Below, one piece after another: positions 41,342-52,521 of a stretch of DNA of 64,000 nt. The translations under genes and the position numbers were made by a program. The DNA is taken from positions 41,230,001-41,294,000 of the forward strand of contig JAGIQG010000023.1 in assembly GCA_024679065.1 (NCBI GenBank), read 5' to 3'. Source of the stretch: Sphyrna mokarran (lineage: Eukaryota). The number at the start of each line of letters is the position of its first letter. The stretch's first letter is position 1. The notes beneath the pieces were generated by a model. The model did not search any database and was not told where the DNA came from. It saw nothing but the letters and a program-made list of their open reading frames with translations.

Positions 41342-41465
41342 TGGAGAGTGGATCTGCACATTTTGTCGGGATCTGTCTAAACCAGAAGTAGAGTATGACT
41401 GTGACAATCTGCATCATATAAAGAAGGGAAAAACTGGGCCAAGCCTGGCTCCAGTTGACCAAAGG
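41342..41465 (+). CDS. TRIM33: TRIM33 coding exon, PHD finger C-part
   Basis: cttaag (AAG acceptor) / gtgagc; 124 nt; [41 protein letters not shown]. Confidence 0.96.
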
Positions 41466-42722
41466 GTGAGCGCCATTTATTTAAGAAAAAAAGTTTACTC
41501 TGTAATTATAGGACTGGCTAAGAATTGAAAGGAAACAAAAACAGTTTATTGTCAATGTCGGTAGGAGAGAGGACAGCTGTTTTGGAGAGTGCATTGGGAA
41601 TTGGTACTTAGACCTGTTCTGTGTCAGATTCTAAATTCAAAACCCAACCAATGCTTCAATATTCTAGTTCTAAATTAGAGTGGTTAATGGAGATGGATGA
41701 ATTCCTGATGCTTCGCAAACAAATTTGGAGCACTTGCAAAATTGCTACTCCATGCAAAGATAAAAATTATCAATGAGAACTGTAGGCAGTGCACATTGGT
41801 TGAAAAAATAAGTAGGCAATGAATTGAATCAAAGCCACGAGGGAAAGTAGAGAAGAGTGGACTTGAAATTGACAATGTCCATGTAAATATGTTTGGAGAA
41901 TTGAAAGATTGGTCAGTGCAGTACAGGATAAATCTAGAAAGTATACTGAGACTTTGCAAGCACTGCTTATGACACACTTGAAATGCCGTGTTCAGTACTG
42001 GTTTTCTATGTCACAGAGGGTTTACAGGTATTGATAAGGATAAAGCGAAATGCAGCAAGGTGAAGTATAATATGCTGTGAGGAAAGATTAGAGCAGTTAA
42101 AATTCCTCTTGTCCTCAAAGATTAATGAAGAATGTCAAGGAGTATATCAAACTTTAAATACTACCAGGTAAACTCAATGAAATATTAATTCAAAGCATGC
42201 TAAGAAAATAATTTCAGCTTATAGAAAACAAGTTTAAAAATGGATAATATAACAATGAATTTATTTGGAATTAATCTGCCTATTCCTTTTTAATAAGGAT
42301 GTCTAATGCTGCTAAAAGATACTAATATTTCAAGTTGGGGTTCAAGCCTGGATCAAGTGATAGTGCATGTCATTCTGAGTGCTACTCCATGCAAATCTCC
42401 ATACCCTGTATAGCATGTCAGCTTGTTATGTGGGATTTGAAGTAAATCAAGTGATGTGGAGTTGAGTAGAAGATCATTCATAATTTTATTGAACAGCAGG
42501 GAACGCTCAAGGGACCACATGACCGTTGTCAGCTCTTGCTTGTGTTTGTTTTCACACTTCAAATTTTGTCAGTCAGATACAGTTAGTTAAATTTCTTGAA
42601 TATTTCAAGAGTTAAGTGAACATCTTACAATTGTATCTCAATCAGTTGCATGATATGGAGTCCAGTTTCAAACTCAGTTCTGCAGCTTTACTAACTGGTG
42701 TTTTGTTTGCTTTTTTTAATAG

Positions 42723-42797
42723 AAGTGTGAGCGTCTCCTATTATATCTGTATTGCCATGAAATGAGTATCGCATTCCAAGAACCTGTTCCTTCCTCT
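42723..42797 (+). CDS. TRIM33: TRIM33 coding exon, bromodomain start
   Basis: taatag / gtaagt; 75 nt; [25 protein letters not shown]. Confidence 0.96.
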
Positions 42798-44429
42798 GTA
42801 AGTGTCTCGAGTTTGAAGTCCAGTTCTGAAATATTTCTGTATTTTAATACTTTAAGTATTAATGTTATTTAAAGAGCTACTGAATGTGTACATGATCTGA
42901 AAGCAGTTAGTGTGGGCCTCGTGTCAGTTCTGCTTTGTATGTGGGTTATAGTCCATATAGCTATTTGGTGAAAGATATAAATAGAGATAGACATTATCAC
43001 GGGCAGGGCCAGAAAATTTGGAGAGCTGTTGACTTTAATAGCTCTCCAAATTTTCCCACCCCACTCATGACAACACTCTCTAGTGTCAGGGCCAGAAAAT
43101 CCAACCAGATCTTTAATATACTTTTTATAAGCTTTGTTTTTAACAGATTATTTACAAGCAAATATTTCCAAACTCAACAACTATCATTTGTCGGTGTCTA
43201 TTTTATAGAGTCACAAATGAAATCAAATTAAATGCCTACAATTAAACACAATTAATGATTTGCACATTGTTGTGGATTAATAGAAATGTGGTTTATTTTC
43301 ATTGTTTAACTCCAGGTGGTGCAGTGGTCTATTAAAACAATGCTTCTGCATTGTCTACCACACTGTCTCGCCCTGGCACCTGCTTATACATGCACTCTCT
43401 CAAGCCTGGATTCTGACTTAATCTACCCTCATGCATAGATTTGTTTATGCTTACAAGTCCTTGTTTGTAAGTCTGGGTTCTGGCATCTGCTTGCATATCT
43501 CTTCAGAGTCTCCATTCTGAGAGATATTTCCAAGGGAGCTATACATGGAAAAATGACTGATTTAATTAAGGGTTTTTAGTGCAATTGGCTACATTTTGAG
43601 TCATCATTTTATCCTTTCACTTCTAAAGGTGGCACCTTGTGCTCTGATTTTAAAAGGTACTGGTACCCATTGCTGCACCTGCCTGAGTAGTCTGTCTGTC
43701 TTCTGTGAAGTTACATGAGGAGTTTTGACAGGCTGGTTTATTGGAAATGGGATATTATGATTGATTCCAACTCTACTGAGTTATATATACTTTCCAACAG
43801 GGGTCATTAGAACAGAATCAGGAAAATATCTTCTCAACTGAAGAGTATGTAACGTAGTCAATTTGCTCATTGTGTATTTAAATTCCTTAGCACCAAGTTA
43901 TTGCATCTGTTGGTTCTTACCATATTTATCATATCTCTTCGAATAATTGTAGACTGAGGACACTCGGAACCTGATTGTGGTGAACTCCTATCAGTGCATG
44001 TATCTTTGAAATGTGAATTAATTTCTCTTCCTTTCCCACCCCCTCCCCCACAAAAAAATACCTTCCTTAGTGTATCATTTTTCTTGAAATACCTATTGCT
44101 TTCTCCGTTATGAAATCTACAAATGATGAGTTATTTGTGTGTTGCATTTGGAGAACTATTCAAGTCATTGGGGCAACGTTTTTGGCAGGAATTACTTTTT
44201 AAATGTGTTTATTAAGAAAGCTAAGACTGAATAAATTTAGTATTTCTGTATTTGCCACAAATCTGTAATAAATTACATAAGTGCGTAAGTTTGAACATTA
44301 ATGGTGATTAGTTAAAATGTAATCTTTATTACAAATCTCTACAGTCTAAACTCAAAATTGTACATCAGTGAACAGATATAACTGAAATTTTCATAAAAAT
44401 GGAATCAAGCTGCCTTTTTTCTCTCCTAG

Positions 44430-44582
44430 GTTCCTGATTACTACAGAATTATTAAAAATCCAATGGATTTATCCAGAGTGAAAATGAAATTACAGAAAAA
44501 ACACTCTCAACATTACCAAACACCAGAGAACTTTGTGGCTGATATTAGGCTCATTTTTAAGAACTGTGAAAAGTTCAATGAA
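44430..44582 (+). CDS. TRIM33: TRIM33 coding exon, bromodomain
   Basis: tcctag / gtaagt; 153 nt; [51 protein letters not shown]. Confidence 0.97.
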
Positions 44583-44799
44583 GTAAGTATAATTTGTAAA
44601 TTTCAAATGTGCCAAAAATTCATGTTCTGCTACCTGTTCCTATTGGTAGGATTAAGTTTTGCAATCCAAATTGAGAGTTTATTTCCTCACAATTCTTTTA
44701 AACCAACCCAGATTCGAACTGAGTTTAATTTGAATTTCATCCAGAAACTGGAAGTGAAGAATAGGCAGCATGCGCACCCAATCTTTATTGAATTAAGTG

Positions 44800-45720
44800 A
44801 CAAAGTATAAATGAGAGTGATGTAGCAAATGTATCGATACATGGATTTTTCTCAAGGCTTTTAGTAAGTAGATTCAGGGCTAAGGAGTTAAGTCAGGGTA
44901 AGTTGCAGAGCTGTAGAACAGGGGTTAGGGTTTTACTTGGACTGGCACAAGGTGGGAACTGGTGTGACAAGGATCAGCAACTGGTTTAGAATCAGCAGTA
45001 TAATATCCAAATTCGCAGGTGTCACCAAACTGAGGAAAATACAAGATGACATCAACTTGTAAAATGAATGTTTAGATGTCAAATGAATTTTATTATAGAT
45101 AGACATGAGGTGATGCATTTTGCCAAGAAAATTAAGGGGATCAGTTATACCTAGAGTTACAAATTTGAGTTTAAAAATATCATTATAAGTAACCAGATAA
45201 AGAGCAGGGAATTGCAGTTTATTTCTCAGGAATAGAATTCAGAAACTCAGAAGGATGGCACAGTAGTCAGCATTGCTGCCCCTCAGCACCATGGACCTGG
45301 GCTCGATTCCAGCCTTGGGTGACTGCCTGTGTGGGTTTTGCATATTCTGTCTGTGTGTGCGTGGATTTCCTCCTGCTGCTCCACTTCCTTCCCTTCCCTC
45401 CACATTCCAAAGATGTGCAAGTTAGGACTATGCTAAATTGCCTAGATGTGCAGGTTTGATGGGTTAGCCATGGAAAATGTTTGGGATTACAAGGCAGGAC
45501 AGAGGGCAGGGCATGGGTAACACACTCTTGTGGAGTGTCAGTACAGACTCATACAGTGACTCAGTAGGCCAAATGGCCTCTTTCTGCACTATAGAGATTC
45601 GATAGTTTTAAGATATATTCATCTTATACGGAATCTTGTTTTGACAATGCTTGAAGTACTGTGCTCCGATCTGGTCTCTATATCACAAAAAATATACAGA
45701 ATCAGAAGGAAAAAATAGAT
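44800..45720 (+). mobile_element. Old CR1 fragment interrupted by an HE1-like SINE
   Basis: atccaaattcgcaggtgtcaccaaact (SKFADDTK-like); resumes after 45600. Confidence 0.6.
45252..45600 (+). mobile_element. HE1-like V-SINE, near full length
   Basis: tRNA-like head (tggcacagt...gggctcgattcc), V-domain, ggccaaatggcctctttctgcact tail. Confidence 0.85.
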
Positions 45721-45839
45721 TCAAGAATAACTTATATGTAACATAAATTCTTTATTCACTACAATAGTAAATAGGATAATTAAGTAGGTATTAATTGTTT
45801 ATTAAAATGGCTTTTTTTGTATAGTTGTAGTATCTTAAG

Positions 45840-46600
45840 GATAACACAGGTGCTATTCAGGCAAATGTCTGTGCCAGCTCCCACTCCCCCTCCCTTTGCT
45901 AGTAGCCATGCAAATCTTTTCCTGTTCAGGTGCTAATCTAATTTCCTTTGAAATCCACAATTGAATCTGCCTCCACTAAGTACTTAAGCTTTGCATTCCA
46001 AAACCTAACCACTCATTCCAGAGATTTTTCTTTGCATTATCATTGGTTCTTTTGTTATTCATCTTAAATCAGCGTTCTGTAGTTCTCAGCAGTTTCTACT
46101 CTGTTCAGACCTTTATGATCAAGCCTCTCCTTAATTTTCTTTCCATAAGGACAACAAACACAACTTCTCCAATCTATACATATAACTGAAGTCTCCCATC
46201 TCTAGAACCACCATTGTGAATCTTTTCTGCACCCTTTTTAAAGCCTTCAGTTTCTTCCTAAAGCATGGTGCTCAGAATTGGATGCACAATTCTCCAGTTA
46301 AGGCAAAGCATCATAATAAGGTGGATCCTCATAACCACCTCGTTTTTGTTCTGTTATGCCTCTATTTGTGAAGCCCAAGGTCCAGTAATTCTCTTTAACC
46401 ACTTTTTTAATTTGCCTTGCCAACTTTAAAGTTTTCTCCTTGATGTTTTATCACCTTTGAAATCGTATCGTTCATTTTATACTGCTTGTTCTTTCTGCCA
46501 ATATGCATCATTTCATATCTCTGCATTAAATTGTATCAGCCATATGTTGGCCCATTCCAACGAGCTTTGTCTCCTTGAAGTCTGTCACTATCCTTCCATA
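45840..46600 (-). mobile_element. CR1-type LINE fragment
   Basis: Reverse degenerate RT, homologous to 57400-58750. Confidence 0.7.
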
Positions 46601-46829
46601 GTTCAATTGAGTTGCATAGCATAGATGTGTTCAAGGGGAAGCAGAAAAAGTGAATGAGTTTGAAAGAATAGAAAGATATGATGGGGTTCTGTGACTGCCA
46701 ATGTGGAGCAACTGGATTAAATGTGACTTTTGAGTTGAAACGTACAACCTGAATGGGGTTGATAGGGTAACTGTTGAGACATAGATTCCCCAACCAGCAG
46801 AAACAAAAACATGGGAACAAAGTAACAGA

Positions 46830-47075
46830 CTAAGAAGCTCATTTATGACTGAGATGAGGGAAATAACTTCATTCTAGGCGTTGTGAATCTTTGGAATTCT
46901 CTGCCCCAGAGGGTTGTGGATATTCTGTTACTGTCTACTTTGGCCTTAAATCTATTCTGATTTTTAGTTTCTCAGAAAATAGAGGGATATGGCAACAGGC
47001 GGAGAAGTGGAATTAAAGCCCATGATTGTACTGAATTGCTTGAAAGACCATATGGTTGTCTATTCCTATTTCTTG
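46830..47075 (+). mobile_element. CR1-type LINE 3' end
   Basis: gttgtgaatctttggaattctctgcccc (VVNLWNSLP) and tail. Confidence 0.7.
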
Positions 47076-50000
47076 TGTTTTTGTGCATGCTATAGTAAAT
47101 TTCAGCCTTAAAACTGATGCATAACATTTCAGGAAATATTTTTTCCTCATGTGCTTCACTTCTTGGCTTGTTTATTTTAATATAGGCTTTGGTTCCCCTT
47201 GGCCAACACAATGCCAATGCGTTGTCACTTTTTCTACAGTATGCAGTCTTTAATCTTTGCAAACCAGAGTTCATCAGCATGCTTTCCAAGATAGTTGACA
47301 AAATTGCCCAAAATAAATAAGTGTAAATAAAGTGCTAAAATGGCATCCTATCATAAATCAAGGGCACGTCAAAATATCAAAATCTATTTGGCCAGCCACA
47401 TTGAGGTTCCTCCCCATATTCCAGAATTCCTCAAAACAGCTTAACCTCTGTACTCAACTGAAGAACATTAAAAGGTAGTGAACTTCATTGTGCATTTCGA
47501 ATCACATGAAGATATTTGTGGTCTCTCAAAACCTATGGATCCTGCAGGCATTATATTGACCTGCAGCTAGAAGACCAGTTGATTAATTACTGTTTAGATA
47601 AACGTGTTTTTGTTTATTTTGAAATACAGTCTGACCATTGATTGGAGTTCAAGGTTCTCTTAGTGATCACACCACATGTACAACTCTCTAATAATATATA
47701 GCTTATGGAGTTTAGTGCCATAAATAAAAAATGAGTGGATTCAGGGGGCTATTTTCTATGTACAAGGACCTCATGGCTACCAATTAGTTAAACTAATTTG
47801 GTTATTTTCAACAGTATCTATCTTTGGGGACTTGAATGGCAATTCTCAGGACACATTGCTTATTTTGCTGTTCCTTTTGATTTAACTAATATTTTCTGTG
47901 AAGTTTTAATGGCCTTTTAGGTATGTAATTTACCCTGGCTGACTCTGAAAACTTTTCCATCTGTGCTTTAGTGCAATGCTCTGTGTAAAATAGCTTTCTA
48001 AAACAATGATGTTTATTTCTTGTGTAAAATTCAGTGTCAGAATGTTTTTAACTTCAGTTGTTGAAAATATTCCCTAGACACTACAATCTTCAAACAGCTT
48101 GACAGTTTTGATGGTATTCTGTGCTACTTTAATAGTGGTACAGTTCTGGCGCATGTTTAAATGTCTCCCTATTTAATCCAAATTAAGGTGCTACTTTATC
48201 GGGGAGGCTTATGATTTCAAACTTCTTCCCATTTTCTTTGTAAGAAAGCTATTCAAGGAAAATTGTTCAAAAGGTACCTCGTATATCTGATGAAGTTGGA
48301 GGATGAATTCATGAAGTGCTTTGTAGGTTTGAATACTGTGCCTTTAATTTGTATAACAGTTTGTTAGAATAGGGAAACCTTATTTGTGTGAGTGCCATAT
48401 GTTCATGCAATATGCAAATATCTATTGTCCTTTAACCACACCAGACTCGAAGATGTCAGAGTTAAGAAGTTGCAGTGAAAATTCACAATTATTTATTTGC
48501 AAAGCATAGTTATTGCTTGAGGACTCTAATTGTATGCCACTCAATAAGTAATAAACACTAACTAATCAGTTTTCTTCCCTACCGCTCCCCCAACTATTCA
48601 TGACACCATCCCCAACTTTCTCTTGTTATTCTTCTGTGACAGTACCTTTGTTTTTCCACAATGATGTGTGGGCCAATGCAGGCATGCTGGTCTTGTTCGG
48701 CAATGCCAGTCCCATTGTTGATGAGAAATGTAAATTTCAATCACTGAGACCTGGGTACCGAGAATACTGCTATTTCTTTTCCTAAGCCTAATTCACAGCA
48801 CAGACCAAGAGTTGAATCCAGACTGAGTAGATTTCACTACAGAACCATATGTGTTTACTCTGTGGAAACCTTCAATATTTTTCAGTGTTCCAGACTTAAG
48901 AGCCCACACAAAATAAATTCTCAAGCAATGTTTTGTTTACTCTTCTAACAGTGAGACTATATGATAAACTCAAACTACCCTACACTCACCATATTCACAA
49001 TGAATAGAGACAGGATATGCACAAACATTGCTGCTGTTAGTGATGTAAATTGCCATCTCGTTTTTACATTGAGCAGCGAACTCTTGTTGCACAATCTGTT
49101 CACATTGTAATGTTTCACTTAGATTGCACAAGATGTTGATCACACAAGGAACAATAAACATTTTATAATTCAAGAAAGGATATGGAAGATGAGCTAACAG
49201 CTTGGCAGTTGCCAGTAATATTGATAACTATTAATTGATATATTATGCCACGTCATTTTTGTTTTTTTAATAGACCAGCCTTTTAAGCAAAAAGAGCATG
49301 AATTTTTTGTAGTGCACATACTTAAATGAATATGCACATAAAGGATAAACTGTACAGATATTAAGGAAACTTTGATGTTTGTATTTATCTGTGCAACACA
49401 AAACAAATTTATGTTATGAATTTTATTGTCTCATAAAGGTTACCCTATTACCTGGGGTTCAAAATGGTCCTCAAGTCCTCATGAGGACCAAAGAAAGGGA
49501 AATGAGATCCAAGGTAAAACATCACCCCTGCTTATGGCAGACCTGTTTCTTTCTCTGCAGTGTTTATCAGTTGAATTCGGTTGTTTATGTAAAATTTCCA
49601 GAGGATGCTTGTGGATTAAAAACAGTGTTTCACCAAGGGTATCTCAGAATATTATCTTAGCAATTGTCCATTGTACCAGATGAAATTTATCATGTAAAGA
49701 AGTGACACCCTTTGTTTAAATTTAGGCAGTTGGGTGAGACACAAGTTGTCTTTACTGGCCTTTAAATATCCAACATGACATGTGCTTAACAGCTTCAACC
49801 CATTACCTAATGGATAAGGAGTCAAAACAGACTATTGCTTCTCAGTTAGCACTAAATTAGTAGTCTTGTTGAAGACCAGAAAATGGCAGGTGTGAAAACT
49901 GGAGTATGTCAGTGATGTAGTAGGGAATAATCTTTTGTTAGCCTGAAGACTATAATGTGCATATCCTGGAAATGTTTAATGCTGGGTACTTGAGAAGAGA

Positions 50001-50617
50001 AAATATTCAGTTTATCAGCAGAAATGACTGTTATTTTGAGAAAACGCCAGTACTGGAGCAGCTGGAATATTCTATTGTCAACAACTAAAATGCTTTTGTC
50101 ATTGTCACATTCTTTGCATATAGTGAGAAAACAGGACTGAGATGGAAATTAGTAAATCCAATTCCCAATTTTCTTTCTTCTTTCATTGGTCCCTTTGGAG
50201 CCTATTCATATCCATTACAACTAAGTTAATGTTCTGTGCTACCTTCAGTGTTAGCCTTGATAATACATGAAAATTCAATTCTCAGAAGCGTCAGAAGTGT
50301 GAAATTAGAAAATTCTAATGTTAATGCTTTGAGTGAGGGGTGTGTAAAGGTATTGCTAAACGCACATTTAAAACAAATGCATTCCTCTGTGTACTCCCAT
50401 TGTCTTGAGATTTAGCCACTTGATAGATGATGTAGAGAAATACAACTGAAGTCCATTGCTGTAAGTCCAATTTATGATGCAAATTGTCAGGTGCATAGTT
50501 TCTCCAAATTAAAGGAGCATGTGGTAGTAAGAAAAAGTGAATGCTCAGTGAGAAATAGACATCAAGTTGACATGGCATGTTTATGCATAACCATTAACCT
50601 GGCAATTCTGGTGTCAA

Positions 50618-50990
50618 GCTTGGCTCAGTGGCACCTTTGTCTCAAGTCAGAAGGTGGTGGGTTGACGCCTACACTAAAGACATGAGCACATAATCTAGGC
50701 TGACACTTCAGTGTAATAGTGAGAAACAGTTGCACAGATTTTGGCTCAGATGTTACACTGAAGCTCCATCTGTTGCCTCAGGTAAATGTAAATAATTCTG
50801 TTGCATTAATTTACAAGAACAGAATAGCATCATGTTGAATGTTTGTCTGTCAACCAATCCCTACAGATTATTTGTTCATTTATCTCATTGTTATTTGTGA
50901 AACCTTGTGCACATATTGTCTGCATTTATCTACACTTAAATTTTTCAATTACCTGAAGTTATGAAAGGCCCTATATAAATGCAATTTATG
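50618..50990 (+). mobile_element. DeuSINE-like element
   Basis: tggctcagtgg...gtcagaaggtggtgggttga...gagcacataatctaggctgacacttcagtg...gaaaggccctatataaatgca. Confidence 0.75.
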
Positions 50991-51970
50991 GTTTTCATTC
51001 AGGAATGAAGCCTACACAAGTTAATATCTTTCATGTTTAAGATATAGTTTGTATGGGTACTGTAGTTTGCCAGTAGCTAATACTTTATTTAGTATGAGCG
51101 TGTATACGCATGGAAAGACTTGAATAGTGTAGGAAAGTAAGATTTTTTAATGACATACTGGTATTTTGTTGCGGGCTAGTTGGCTGTAAAGCTCGCATAT
51201 AGATTATTTTAAAGCTAGATTTGGGATCTGCCTACTTGTCCTGCCCCTGAGAGCAAACTGCCACTGACAAAAATTGTCAAATGAAATGACTGAAAATGAA
51301 ACATCAGTTGACAATGAGCCAAGGACCTGTTTTCAGGCAAAGCGCACTCAGCATGCTAACATTGTAAACTAAACGGATTTACCATTATAAGACTTTACAA
51401 ATATGATGGTGTATATTCTACAATTATAAAATAATTACTGAGAAGAGGTTGTTTTCCTTATTCTACTGTTGTATCATATCTACATAGACATGAAACAGAA
51501 CAAGCCACTGGGCTTCATCTTGTGAAAATACATGATTTTAAAATCTCATGTATGTTATTTTGAGTATCTTATGTACACTAAACACATTTTCAAGGATAGT
51601 TCCTCTTTTGCAAGTAGATTTTTGCATGCAAACTGCAACAAATCAAATAATTTATGCCAGTGTTCTGAAGGTGTTCACTTGCAAGAATTTGTTTAACAGG
51701 GTTTAGTAGCCCTTTGTTTTTTTTCACCCAATGAATGTTTGAGAGTTTAGACAGTGAGTGTTAGTGGGCTATTGGAGGTTCACAGCTGACGTCTATTCAA
51801 GCAAAATTTATTGCAGTTATCAATGACTGCCAAGCAGGACCCTTGGCTCATGTCCCACGTTCGCTCCCAAAGCCTAAGAGTGTTAAGCTCAAGAATTCAG
51901 CTTCTGTCTTGGCTGAGATCAGCTAACATAGAATAAATTGGGGAATTGAAGGTCTGTATGGTTTGCCACA

Positions 51971-52184
51971 ATGTGGAAGTGCTGGTGTTGGACTGGGGTA
52001 AACTCAGTAAGAAGTATCACAGCACCAGGTTAAAGTCCAACCAATTTATTTTATACTAAACTCAAGTTTTCGGGAGTTGTTCCTTCCCAGGTGACTGACT
52101 TGACAAAGGGGCAAACCCCGAAAACTTGGGTTTATTATCAAATAAATTGGTTGGACTTTAACCTGGTGTTGAGACTAATTACTG
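51971..52184. mobile_element. Palindromic Penelope-like insertion with hammerhead remnant
   Basis: Arms caccaggttaaagtccaaccaatttattt / aaataaattggttggactttaacctggtg; imperfect 11-bp TSD ggtttgccaca / ggtttgttaca. Confidence 0.75.
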
Positions 52185-52305
52185 GGTTTGTTACAGCAGT
52201 GATAACCTACTAATATTTAAGGGCTTTAAGAAATGTTTTGTTTAAATGGGGATACTGACGTGTTAATAGCAAGATTAAAAACTTTTGTACTGCTTTCACT
52301 TTTAG

Positions 52306-52521
52306 GCAGATTCCGAGGTGGCCCAGGCTGGAAAAGCTCTAGAAAGCTACTTTGAAACAAAACTACAGGTGGTTTATTCGGACAGAATTTTCACACCTTT
52401 GGTGGAATCAGATTCCGACCATGAAGATGAAGCTCATATTAGTGAGGATTCGGACGATGACTTCGTTCAACCTAGGCGAAAGCGGCTAAAATCAGATGAC
52501 AGACCAGTGCACATTAAATGA
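52306..52521 (+). CDS. TRIM33: TRIM33 last coding exon: bromodomain last helix, acidic tail, basic NLS-like motif
   Basis: ttttag acceptor; ADSEVAQAGKALESYFE...EDSDDDFVQPRRKRLKSDDRPVHIK then TGA; this C-terminus is characteristic of TRIM33. Confidence 0.97.
   Translation, partial: ADSEVAQAGKALESYFETKLQVVYSDRIFTPLVESDSDHEDEAHISEDSDDDFVQPRRKRLKSDDRPVHIK

Noticed and set aside
45252-45320. tRNA-like A/B boxes
   Set aside because: SINE heads rather than tRNA genes; no full cloverleaf
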